DNA of 64,000 bases, taken from contig CM119263.1 in assembly GCA_051294375.1 (NCBI GenBank), positions 27,819,951 through 27,883,950 of the forward strand. Reading direction: 5' to 3'. The notes under the pieces were generated by a model that was not told where the DNA came from, made no database searches, and worked only from the letters and a program-made list of their open reading frames with translations. Source of the stretch: Paraspadella gotoi. Taxonomy: Eukaryota; Animalia; Chaetognatha. Shown piece by piece: positions 42,216 through 54,297 of this stretch. The position numbers and the translations under genes are program-made. Every line of letters begins with the position of its first letter. Position 1 is the first letter of the stretch.

Positions 42216-42281
42216 ATCTCTCTCTTTTCTCCTACANNNNNNNNNNNNNNNNNNNNNNNNNCTCCTCTTTTTACCTCCCAG

Positions 42282-42373
42282 ACTCACAGTCGAAGCATCA
42301 AACAAACTTCCTTCATGTCTCCCAACTCTTCCGTCCACGGAGACTCGGGTTCCGTTCGTAGAGACGTCTCCAG
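42282..42373 (+). CDS. Putative IR25a tail exon
   Basis: cccag|ACT...AG|gtaacc; THSRSIKQTSFMSPNSSVHGDSGSVRRDVS; phase 0 start matches the donor at 36861. Confidence 0.6.
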
Positions 42374-42534
42374 GTAACCACTATCACAACCACAATCACA
42401 ACCACTAAAAATCACAACCACAATCACAACCACAACCACAATCACAACCCAAGCGAGTTTACTTTATTACCTCATATTATTATTTTATCATATAATATTT
42501 TTTCACACTTCTCTCACTCATTCACATCCCTCAG

Positions 42535-42626
42535 GCCTCACAGTCGAACCTCACATATCGGGCGAATCACGGACGCCAGTGGCAACACCATGCTTGCTGC
42601 CGCCGTCAACAAGGCGGCCATGATAG
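42535..42626 (+). CDS. Putative IR25a tail exon
   Basis: ctcag|G...G|gtgaca; RPHSRTSHIGRITDASGNTMLAAAVNKAAMI; phases 2/1 consistent. Confidence 0.6.
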
Positions 42627-42846
42627 GTGACAGTTCTAGCAGTCATTGTTGTCGTTGTCCTCGTGATCGTTCGTGATTTTCTGTTGTTGTTGTCGTTGTC
42701 GTTGTTGTCGTTTTCCTCGTCGTGATCGTTCGTTATTTTCTGTTGTTGTCGTTGTTGTCGTTGTCCTCGTCGTGATCGTTCGTGATTTTCTGTTGTTGTT
42801 TTTTTTCTTTTTCTCACTTATATTTCCCTCTCATTTTCCATCCCAG

Positions 42847-43073
42847 GTAAGCAGCAGCAGGAGCACCACCATATGCAAGCAGTCAAGACGCTGCCACCCA
42901 ACGTTGGAGCGATGCAGACATCGAATCTGGCGATGCAGCAGCCCAATATGGGGATGCAGCAGCCGACGAACAGCTTCGGCGATTGGATGGAACTGAACAA
43001 TCAGAAGGCAGACTTTCAGGGTTACTACGGAGACAACGAGTATATGATCGACGGGGCCAGCATCACAATGCAG
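42847..43073 (+). CDS. Putative IR25a tail exon (Met/Gln-rich)
   Basis: cccag|GT...CAG|gttttg; GKQQQEHHHMQAVKTLPPNVGAMQTSNLAMQQPNMGMQQPTNSFGDWMELNNQKADFQGYYGDNEYMIDGASITMQ; phases 1/0. Confidence 0.65.
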
Positions 43074-43133
43074 GTTTTGAAGGGGGGGGAGATAATTGCG
43101 ATAGACGGTTAGATGGGAGGACTTTCTGTTTGT

Positions 43134-43135
43134 TT

Positions 43136-43227
<92 letters not shown>

Positions 43228-43273
43228 TCATTCATTCTTTCATTCATTCATTCATTCATTCATTCATTCATTC
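43134..43273. repeat. Compound (TTTC)n(TTCA)n microsatellite
   Basis: Direct reading. Confidence 0.95.
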
Positions 43274-43579
43274 TAATATTTTTTTCTTCCTAATTTGATT
43301 AAAATCAAAATATTCGTTATAATGACTTTTTTTTCATCTTCAAATTAGTTCGCATTAATTTGACCGACCACGCTCGCTGATCTACGATCTTGAATTAAAT
43401 CGAATCCATTCGAATTTAATTAACTGAAATTTTTTTCAAATTGAATTCAAAAGTTTTCCAAACTTGGATTATCAACTTTCCCACTTTACTCACCCACTTT
43501 ATTTTTCTCACGCACACCCCCTCCACACCCCATCTTCCTCACCCACTTCCCCCCTCCACATCCCTTTCCTCTTTTCCAG

Positions 43580-43761
43580 CGCGGAATCGACCTTTCGAGC
43601 GCCGAAGAGGAATACATGGAGACGCAGGTGGCGCTGCCGATTCCCGCCTTCGACCACGCCTACCGACGCCGGCCGGCCGACGTCCACTACGGCAACGGGC
43701 CGACGCAGAACGTGGCGCGTGCCACGTTGCCGCGTCACGTCAGCAACGAATACGTGAAGAG
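43580..43761 (+). CDS. Putative IR25a tail exon
   Basis: ttccag|CGC...AG|gtgagg; RGIDLSSAEEEYMETQVALPIPAFDHAYRRRPADVHYGNGPTQNVARATLPRHVSNEYVK; GC3-rich codons, phases 0/2. Confidence 0.65.
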
Positions 43762-44206
43762 GTGAGGAAATTAATTTGTTAATATATAAAATCGGTAAAA
43801 CCAATATATCAAAATTATTCATTTATTAAATATTAAAGCTTACCCCTGACTTTTGACAGGCTATGGTGGTTTAAGCCCAAGGCTTCCATCCTTATTACAA
43901 GATTATAACATAGCAGGTCCCTGCAAGCTTTCAGTCCAGACTCTCTCACAGTCGAGTTTATTCATTCCCGCAGTACATGTTATGTTTCGAGGAATATTTT
44001 AATATATAAATATTGACTAAATCGCGACATTGCTGTTGCTTGGTTAATGAGGGATGAGTCAAATTAAATTAAAAATTTATTTTCTTTTAAGATCAAATTT
44101 AGATTTATATTCAATTTCAGACCCAATTCTAAGCTAAGCATAATAATATTAAGGTGAATTTTAATCTTTATTCATAATCAATTACAATGTCAAACTTCAT
44201 TTTCAG

Positions 44207-44267
44207 ATCGAATCACGAACATCAAAGAATCAACAACGAACTCGGAGTCATTTCAATCGATTCTTGA
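44207..44267 (+). CDS. Putative terminal coding exon of the tail
   Basis: ttttcag|A; RSNHEHQRINNELGVISIDS*; phase 2 matches; other acceptors at 43859 and 44120 are possible. Confidence 0.5.
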
Positions 44268-44420
44268 TACGAAAACGCGTTTTAGTGTAATTTCGATCCG
44301 AACGAATCGGTTTTTACTGTAACTCCGTTCATTGGCACAAAATCTTATGGACTTTTCTCTTTTTCTCGCTCAGATATTGAAGCAACATCATTTAATGTGA
44401 TAATATGGGAAAGACTGTAA

Positions 44421-44507
<87 letters not shown>

Positions 44508-45036
44508 TTCATTTGCTACTTAGCATGCTTCGAATTTCATCAATGATTTAGAGGCCTTTTTTAAAAAGTATAACAAAAAAAAAGTTGTCGGACTCAAGAG
44601 AAAAACAGACTTTTTGGATTTTCTTTTTTTTTCGATCTGGAAACAAAAAAAAAGTTTCTTTTGTAAATATTATTTTCGTTATTTCACCATGACGATACAT
44701 GAAATATCAAACCGCTATTTGAAATTGATTTTTCGCAACGTATTCATATTTCATTCGAATTACTTTATTCTTTCTAGCTAAAATACATGAATTGCACTTA
44801 TGGTTAATTTGTTTATTGTTCTTTTTTCTTACAAAAATCGCAGATATTTAGTTCCTGAAATTTTCCGATTAGCATTTCTGAGAAAAGGTTTAAAACGGAA
44901 AAGTTGCGGTTTTAAAATGTTTCATTTCGTTACTGAAATAGCAGCAATTCATTTTTTTATTACATGCTGACTAATTCAAACGAGTGAAAAAAAATATGGG
45001 AAAAGGGAGGAGGAGAGAAAGTAAAGAGAAATCGAA

Positions 45037-45106
<70 letters not shown>

Positions 45107-46454
45107 ATAAATTGATCTAACAGACATTAAGTTAATAAACCTTTGTTAGAAATTAATCCTCACATATTTTTTTGGCGTCATTTATAATGCACAAAAATTC
45201 AAGTTGATAACAAGATATTATTTATTAGCAAAAGCAAAAAATAAACGAAACCTCAGCTGTAAGTATCCTGGAAACTGTAATTGTAAATTGAGACAGTAAC
45301 CTTTAATTTAATAAGCTAACTTATTAAGTTAGGGCTTTATTTCATCTCATAAAAAAACATTGAATATTATCATAAATTAAATAAATTTAAAAAAAAATGA
45401 AAACAACTCTATAAACGAATAAATATCGCGAAAATTATTAGTTTAATACTTTAATAGGCCTACGAAGATGAATTGCGCAGTGCGCACATCGTAAAGTTCC
45501 CAGTTCATTTGTTTGCATTCAGGCTCGCCCCTTTTCCTCTAGAGGTCAAGCGGAGCTCGACATCCTTCAAAAAGTAAAGCAAAAGAGCAATAGGATGTCA
45601 AGTCGGGGAAATCCTGTTTTTCATGCTGGAGAGAAGCGATGACTTGAGTTCTTGCGACGCCAGTTGCGTGAATGAATCAGTCGTGACTTGCCCGAGCTCA
45701 CCCAAACCTATAATAGTGTATCAAGATGATTCAGATTTTCAAAAACGTTCACACAAGTGATCACACATATATATACTTTAATTTAAAACACCTTTTATTC
45801 GATTTGAAATTCTCACATGAAGAGATCCCGGTCGATTTTTATCTGGCTCCTAAATTATGCAAATTAGCTTACGATCGAATTTGTCAGATAACGATGACGC
45901 TCTTTATTCGCGTAATTTTAAACGTTTTATTATTGTAATATAATAAATTAATTGAATATTATAGTTTTTAGAATATATATTTTATAATATAAATAATTTA
46001 TAGTATTTATACTAATATAAATAAGACAAAATAGCAATTAAATGAGATCTTGAATGCTTCTTTTTCTTACCCAAAATGAGGAATTCAAAGAGATTTTTTG
46101 CATAAAATAAATATTAACTATTTTGCTTGTTTTAAGTTCCTTATTACATTATAATATATATAAATTGTATTATAAATTGTATAATTCATTCGTTTAAGTT
46201 ACTATTATACGTGCTTTAATAAATAGGTAAATATGGAAAAAACTTGATAACAAAGATTAAAATAACCAATAAAAGTAAAATTTTTAAAAAAATAATAATA
46301 CTAATATTAAAATTAGTATTTAATAATTTAATAATAATAATTAATAAAAAAAATTATTTTAAAAATTACTGCAAAGAAAGAATTTAAATTATTAAAATTA
46401 TTAATGAATATTTTTCTATATTTTTAAAGTAATTTTTAGTCAACTAGGTTCCAT

Positions 46455-46613
46455 TAGGATTGTACCCACGTAGGAATACGTGGGAATACGTGGAATACGT
46501 GGAATACGTGGGCGGAATACTATGGGTGCAATTGTATGTGGGCCCAATGCTACATGGCGTGCAATCCTAGGGGCGCAATTTTATGGGCCAATAATACGTT
46601 GGGCACAATCCTA
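46455..46613. mobile_element. Small MITE-like element with internal 9-bp tandem repeat
   Basis: Imperfect terminal inverted repeats taggattgtacccacgta / tacgttgggcacaatccta; internal (ggaatacgt)x4; GC-richer than AT-rich flanks. Confidence 0.5.
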
Positions 46614-49600
46614 CTACCACCGTATATAACATATAGATAAGTGAAAAGGATCCATTCAATATCATAATCAATGATTAAGTATATTATGTTTGAATGATCA
46701 GGAAGAAAATTAAATATTACTAAATTTGAATAGCAAATACATAGATTGGACGATTGGATCCTTTTGTGTTTGAGGCAACATGAACCGGGACTCATTTTTT
46801 GATATGGTATAAATAACTATCTCTATTAATTTGTTTAATTTTCTGATCATAATCAAAAAACTACTTTCATTTATAAAAGAAAACAGAGAACTTTTGAGAG
46901 GGAAAACTTAACTTCCAAGATTTTAAAGAATTGCTTTTGTTTTATAAGTTTTTTAAATCAAATCATTAATTATAAAAAATTAATCGAAACCTATTGTCTT
47001 CTAAATAATGATAGATTGCTTTGTTAATTCTTCAATCAACCAAATTGAAAAAGTGAGTAAACAAACTATGATTAAAAACAATATGATAATATGATAACAT
47101 TTTAATTGTTAACAACAACGATGAAGGCTAACAATTAGTTTCAAAAATGTTCATTTTTATGTAAAAACATTATGTCGTTATTGTTAACCATTAAAAAGTT
47201 ATTATTTCGTCTCTAAATCAAACAACAAATAAAATAAATAATACAATGACTAAAAACTAAAAAAAAATCCGAGATAATTTTTTATAATTGAAAAAAAGTT
47301 TGACTATGGATGCTCAAACCCTCATTCATCCTTAATTATAGGCCTATTAATAGTTATAAAAATGAAAACTATAGTACATAGGAAAAATGACTTCTATAAT
47401 ATAATAATAGTTTAAGAAGAAGGGGATAAAATTGTAATCAAATCATATCCGTTAAAGCATTATTTTATTGTTATTTATCATTTGACTATATAAGATCATA
47501 TTGTGGCGGGTATATTCACACCGCCTCATATTTTTATATTAATTTCTCTTTAAATATATGTTCAGACTGAATTTCAGTACAGCAAAACAAAAAATAGCGA
47601 TTACTTTCTAAAATGTTTTCCTATAAAAAACAGAAAAAACTATTGAAAATCACAACATGCAGCTACTAAAAACTTATAAAATTATTAAGCATTATGAAAT
47701 TATTAATAAAACATAGAAAATATTATTAATAATACATATGTTATTAAAAAAAACTAAAACTCATCATCAGATTTCACAGGGAAAAGATGCTCTTTTTATG
47801 AAAAAATTCGCGAATATCCGCCAGGTTCGCTAGTATCTTTTGTTCTTTTTGACCGGCTTGACCGGTCTTTAACATTAAAAAGATACGAAATGACGTATTC
47901 GATCTCGCGGATCTCTTATGTTCGATGCATTAAACTTAAATATTTTTATACGAAAATTATTTATATATACGTCTGATTAAGTGTGCAAACGTTTTTTTAT
48001 GAAACTCGATGTTCTGTATATTACTAACTTTTGGTCTACCTATAAATCAGATTTAGATTTCATCATTTTTAGCAAAAATGAACTTGCATGAATTTAATCG
48101 AATGAATTGGCATGAATTGAATCGGTGAATCGGCAATAAATAAATCAATGAATTGGAACGAAAAAGTACTTTTGAAAGTAGTTTATGACTAAAATACGCG
48201 GCTAAAAATTATTAATTGTCCTCTCACGATTTTTATTCGAAATCTTTTCGTTGAGTATAAATCGTTTTGTAAAAAAAAAATGATGAGTTTAATTTAGTTT
48301 AACTTTTTTTGAAGTATTAATATATGTAAACCAAGTCTGTTAGTATACTTTAGAAACTTTATAAACATGATAAAACATTCGTTTCCGCCGATTTTGCACT
48401 TAAGTCCGACTTTCTCCCTCTTCCTGACATTAGTATCCGGGGGCCGGCATTTAAATCTCATCCGGGCCCTCTTACTAGTCTTATTAGTCTTAGAGATCTC
48501 CGTCCAGCAGAAAGACAAAAGGCAACATTTCTCATAATTAGCTTCAGGTTAATCCTGATAAATCTCGTTCGGCCGCCGCGACGGGGATTCGAACCCGCGA
48601 CTTTCGCGTTGTTCACGTCTCGTCGTTCGCGAGGCTACGATTGCGCAATAAACGAGAAATCTCGTCGTGGGTATAAAAAGAGCGTAGCCAAAGACGAAAG
48701 AGAACAATTATTTCGGTTCAAATCTCCGAAAAAAAACAACTCGATTTATATCTGGGTGGGGGGGGGTGTTCTAGTTTTGAAAAAAAAAAATGTTAATTTT
48801 CTTCGCTCTTTAAGCACGCGATCGACTTAAAACTTCGGTACAGGATAATCGACGATGACAACGACGAACATCGACAAAGATCTGGATTTAACGACAACAA
48901 TGACGAACGCCTGCCGAACCGGAAGTCGTTACCGGCGCCAACTCTTCCTATGACGACGCTCCGCTTGGTGAGTTGGCGCGACAAAATGACGTTTCGTTTA
49001 AAGCCGTTGAGTTTACGCGAAATAAAAAAAAAAAAAAAAAATCGCGAAGATTTCGGCTTCAACTCACATTTTGTTGCGTCAACTCACAGGAGGCGTAGAT
49101 GATGTCGTGCGGGATCGAAGACAAAGTGACGCCGGAGTGAGGCTGATGTGACGCTGAAGGGACGCTGGTATCTTTGATGAACATGGAAGAACATGCTTGC
49201 AACTTGCAACTTACACGTTCTAAAGGTTAGAGATGATTGCATTGATTATTTAAGTGAGTATTGTCTGAAAAATAATTCATGATTAAAAATTAATTAAATT
49301 ATTATTATTAATTATATTCTATTATCCTTGCAGAGTCTTCTCAATCTTTTGTCTCGATCCTCGGAAAATAAAAGTGGAATTCCAAGATTGTATGCAAATC
49401 ACGCTTGTGTTGACACGTGGACGGGTCCCGACCGGATTTATGTGAAACCCACAGGAAGTGCACCTCCAGTGAAATAGATAACAGGAATCACGATATCAAC
49501 TACTTCAGATTGTGAACTTTGCGCCGGAAAATCCGTTGAAATGGAGTGACTTATATTGTATTGCATTTTTTTTTTAAAGAATGTATGAATTTGCCATTAC

Positions 49601-50440
49601 TGGAAAAAGACCTCAGACCCCGACTAGGACCGAATGATCTTCCAATATCCAGCTGGACATCTTTATCACTAAACTGTGATACTTTACCTTTTTAGTTTCA
49701 TTTTAATGACACTAAATACAATCATCACGATTTAGCGATCAAAATGTCCATCTGTATATCGGAGTAGAGTCATTTTCTGATCCCAGTTGCGGTCTGCGGT
49801 CTTTTTCCAGTGATCTCAAATTCACACATTGTTGGTCTCTTCAGTGAAGGAGGATTATGGTGGGTTCACATTGCGGAACAGCCACCTCAGAATTAAATTA
49901 ACTCTAGTCTCTAAATTTAAATTAATTCAAATTTGACTTACCTCGCGAAAAGAAATAATTAGTTACGTCTGGAAAATTGTTTTGTTTTATTAATGAGAAT
50001 GAGGTAACAATGAACAATTATTAGATGGGGTCCGAAATTTGAACTCACCACAAAACGTCTTTCATTAAAGCGACCGATTTTTGTAAATTGTTAGTTGTGT
50101 CTTGATGTCGAATCTTTCTTTTAACATTTTTTAAGTTTCTTATTCCGCTTGAATTTAAAAAAAACTAAATAAGTAAAAAATAATCTCGGTTCAAAAAAAA
50201 AAAACATTTGGAGACGAACTGGAAATGTTATTACTGATTTACAAATGTTTCAATGTAAGTGAGAAAAGTAGTATATTGGCAGCAATGTAGCTATCAGAGA
50301 TATTACAACTTATGCCAAACAAAAAACAGGAAAGAAATTAATGAGCCGCCCTCTATCGGCAATTTTGATCTGGTTTTCAAAGAAATGAAAATGAATGTAT
50401 AGAAACCGTTAGCATCAAGAAAACTATTTGAAATCTGACG

Positions 50441-50560
50441 CATTCTGCGAAATCTTCCCCCATAAATCAAAACCATTGCAAGTCTGGTACATTCTGCGAA
50501 ATCTTCCCCCATAAATCAAAACCATTCCAAGTCTGGTACATTCTGCAAATCCTCCAGATT
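50441..50560. repeat. 49-bp tandem duplication spanning the homeobox stop codon
   Basis: cattctgcgaaatcttcccccataaatcaaaaccattScaagtctggta units start at 50441, 50490 and (partial) 50539. Confidence 0.9.
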
Positions 50561-51340
50561 GAGGAGTCCACCCTCGATATCCTCGTTAGAAAACAGTCGT
50601 TGCCCTCTCAGATCCGGAAGCACAAAACCGGCGTCGCTCTGCATCTGGAAAACGGCGTCCTCGGCGCCGTCGAGATTAGCACCTTCCAAACGCCGGTCGG
50701 TGGGGTCGTTGGCGCCGGACTCGGCGGCGTTGGCGCCATTTTGGTCGCTGAAAACGTTAAAGGCGTCGGTCGACTTAAAGTTGGTCGACGAGAAGAAATC
50801 CGATGGCGGGAAATGAATGGGAGAGATTTGTTGCGTTGGTTGAGAAGACGATTGGGTTGGCGGCGAATGAGGCGATGGCAAAAAAGGATTGGGAGAGGAA
50901 TGACGAGAAGGCAAAAACTCAAACGGAGACGGAACGAGAGTGAAATTGGATCCTTGATCGCCTGATTGACACGCCCCTTGTGGTTTCTGCCTGGCGATGG
51001 TCTGGCAGGCGACGCCGTTCATCTCTTCATTCCGGAATTGGGCGTCGGGAAAAGACGCCGCTGTCTCCGCCGCCGACGCCGTCGTCATCGATTCGTTGGC
51101 GACCGGCGGCGGTTGGTTCCATCCTCCGAAGGGCGGTGACGCCGATGACGTGGCGGATGATTGGAGCGGCGACGCCCTGCTCCAGTTGTTGTAAGGAGTC
51201 GAACCTTGATTCGCGGATGGATCGCTCCCCTCCGGCTGAACTGGCAGAGTTTTCTTTCTTCCCTGACGAACGGTTGCGGCATTGGTTTTTGGTTTCGGTT
51301 GGCGCCGCTTCTGACGAGAGCGCCGGTTTTGGAACCAGAC
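50516..51340 (-). CDS. PRD-class homeobox protein, exon 2 (helix 3 and C-terminal region)
   Basis: ttcaaag|GTC; VWFQNRRSRQKRRQPKPK... open through ORF 50516-51088 to ...EDIEGGLLNLEDLQNVPDLEWF*. Confidence 0.92.
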   Translation of the reverse strand, partial: VWFQNRRSRQKRRQPKPKTNAATVRQGRKKTLPVQPEGSDPSANQGSTPYNNWSRASPLQSSATSSASPPFGGWNQPPPVANESMTTASAAETAASFPDAQFRNEEMNGVACQTIARQKPQGACQSGDQGSNFTLVPSPFEFLPSRHSSPNPFLPSPHSPPTQSSSQPTQQISPIHFPPSDFFSSTNFKSTDAFNVFSDQNGANAAESGANDPTDRRLEGANLDGAEDAVFQMQSDAGFVLPDLRGQRLFSNEDIEGGLLNLEDLQNVPDLEWF

Positions 51341-51540
51341 CTTTGAAAGAAGATTTTAAAATACTTACTGTAAAAAAAAAAGAAGAACAAATTATAAAAC
51401 CTGTTTAAAAAAAATACGTATTTCAAAGACAATGAGATTTTTACACATATTAAATTTATGAAAGTAATAAAAATGTTAGGAATAGATTTATACACTGACA
51501 CTTCAATCTAATTTGCATTTAGCAACAAGATAGGCATTAA

Positions 51541-52141
51541 GGCGTAGTAAAATTTCTAAATTTAACTTTAATTAAAATTCTAAAAGTGAGGAACGAACAA
51601 CATTATACTAATGAACATTTATGTATAAAAAAAATTTATAATAAATTTTACAATTTACGCAGTAGGCCATATTTATACTAGTACTAATCCAATAAATGTT
51701 AAAATTTCAAAACAGTTTTTTCTAAGATTTTTTGCAGATTTGGATTTGTCATAAAAAGTTGATAAAAAGAAATATAACTCTTTTTAAAAAAATCCTTCAT
51801 TAAGTGGGTCAAAAATTAGAAAAAGCTATATTTTAAGCTGAAAATTAACTTTTTATATATTAAATATAGTTTTTATAATTTTTAACCCACTTAATGAAAG
51901 AATTTTTAAAAATAATTTATATTTTATCAACTTTTGACGAGGAATTCAAATCTGCAATCAAAATTAAGAAAAGCCTATTTTGAAATTTTTCGATTTTATA
52001 AGAATAGTACTATATATAAATATATCCTACTGCGAAAATTAAAAAAACATAAAATTAATTTTTTTTACAAATTAATGTTCACTGATGGTATGTTGTTCAT
52101 AATTGACCTTTAGAATTTTCGTACGTAACTTTCACTACGCC
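51541..52141. mobile_element. 601-bp foldback MITE with TTAA target-site duplication (Kolobok-like GG...CC ends)
   Basis: ttaa|ggcgtagt ... actacgcc|ttaa; long imperfect internal inverted repeats (ttcattaagtgggtcaaaaatta / taatttttaacccacttaatgaa; tgcagatttg / caaatctgca). Confidence 0.8.
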
Positions 52142-52768
52142 TTAATAGGCATTTAACATTTAGTAGAGCTCAGTTAAATAAGTTTTCATTAGCATATGTG
52201 GATAAGGCGCTACGTGGGCTGAAGATGACTGTCCGTAACTTCTATAACCCCCTCTAGAAGCCATGGAACGGGTCCCTGGGCTTGGAACCAGGCTTGAGGG
52301 TTTGCCATGCCCCCAAGGCGGCTTACGGCCGTCCTCACGCTTCCCGCAGGGTAGGTACCGGTAGCTCGAGAGCTTTGATGTAAATCGCCTCTCTAATTTT
52401 GAGCTCTTTCTTTATCTTTATTTTCTCTAATTCTACAACTTAGCTATCCCTAACCACACTTTCTTCTTTTCTCTTTCTTTATTTCAATCTTAATTAACAA
52501 ACTAGTTAAAATATTCTCAGTTAAATTTACTAGTTTAAGCATTAAGTCTATTTATTTATTGTTATTGAATTATTTAATCCTTTATCTTTGTTTTACCTTA
52601 CAAAAATGTAAATATTTTCTCGCTCTCTGTCTCTTCAAATTTTCACTATTCACATTTCAACCACTTTCCTCTTCTTCTCTCTCCTTACCTTCACCTGTCC
52701 TCAATCTGACCACTGTCCTTATCTCAACCTTTGTTGGAAGCTTTATCTCTCTCTCTCTCTTTTCTCTC

Positions 52769-52807
<39 letters not shown>

Positions 52808-52870
52808 CTCTCTCTCTCTCTCTCTCTCTCTGACTCAATGTTAAGAGAAAAATTTGTCTGATTAATCAAA

Positions 52871-52910
52871 CGCTGATGAAGGCTTATACTTAAAGCCGAA
52901 ACATGTCCTA
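52871..52910 (+). ncRNA. Minimal type I hammerhead ribozyme motif (Penelope-like)
   Basis: CTGATGA-A-GGCTT[7 nt loop]AAGCC-GAAA-CATGTC followed by aataaa; stem I nearly absent. Confidence 0.6.
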
Positions 52911-54297
52911 TGTAAAAATAAATCGTTGTACATAAACAAATAAACTTTGTCTTTCTCTAAATATTGTTAGAATATTACCAACAAAAATGATTAAATTTTA
53001 ACTCTAAGACAAAGTTGGCGAGACTATAGATTAATTGAAATCATCTGCTGCATTTTCTAATCAAGAATCAATATCATTTTTGCTACTTTTAATAAAAAAA
53101 ATTATGTCTATTTTTGTCCATTTTGACTTTTGTCTTGAGATTTGAACGCTAAGATCATTGAAGAAAAATTTTTTACTCCGGCTTTTGGGTCCTTATCTTC
53201 TTTACCTCTGAGTTGGTTCATTTGCCGTTAGTCATCTATTGTTTGCCTATGAATTAATTTTTAAATTGACTAGTCAAAAACTTACATTTTTACATTTTAT
53301 TACAATTTGTTAAAGGAAAATACTTCAAAATGTCTAAAATTCTAATCAAATATTCCTTATTGTTGGTGCTTCTGGTACCTAAAAAATTAGGGCAAAAAAT
53401 TTAATAGTTTTGCTGCAAAAAAAATATTAAGCCTACTTTTAATTTGTGAGGATTTGTGAGGTGCGTTTTATTTAAACTAAAACTCAGTTTTTGACTTATT
53501 TTATAAATTTAATAGATGAGAAATATACTAAAGTTAACAAATTAAAAAAAACCGCCTTCTTTTATTGAAAGGGGAAGCGTCAGGAAATTAATTTCTCTCA
53601 ATCAACAGCTCAATCGTCCACCAAAGAATTGAGTTATGGATAGTATTGAGGGTGAGAACAGTTGTAGGACAGGAGTGACTGACTATGACGAAATAAAATA
53701 AAATTTAACGCTTATTATGTTGGCGTGAAGAATCAAAATACTTCACACAGAGAGAAAGAGAAAAAGAGAGTCAGAGCAAAAGTTCGAGAAAGAAAGAAAA
53801 CAAGAAAAGCAGTGGAAAACAAAAACAAAGTTTAATAATATAGCGTTCCGATTTTTTGCCTAAGCAGTAGTATATCTAAAAAACGCGACAGATCTTACGA
53901 GCAATTTTATCTTTAAAAGTAATAAAGGCTGATACCGTAATTGAAATAATTAACGTGAAAGAAATCATGTCTTACCGTATTTTGAAAGCATAGAAATTCA
54001 CCCAGTGAGTTCTATGTTATAAGGAGAAGATAACTAATGCCAACCGTTTTTTTTAAATAAAGAAAGTTTCATATTTATCAGTGGGAAAAAATAATTAATA
54101 GTTATTTAAGTTTAAATTTCAAAGTTGAAAATACCCAAATCAAAATCACTGCCGAAAACATTTACGGTTTCGTTGCTGCCACCGTATCGACGACAACGAA
54201 AACGTGTCATCTTTTTGTCATCTTTTTGTCATCTTTTAAGCAGAGACGTATCGTAAGCAGAGACGACAACGAAAACGTGTCATCTTTTTTACTTCAC

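Noticed and set aside
48571-48645. tRNA gene on the minus strand
   Set aside because: T-loop GGTTCGAATCCC is present but acceptor, D and anticodon stems do not pair; at most a SINE/tRNA relic
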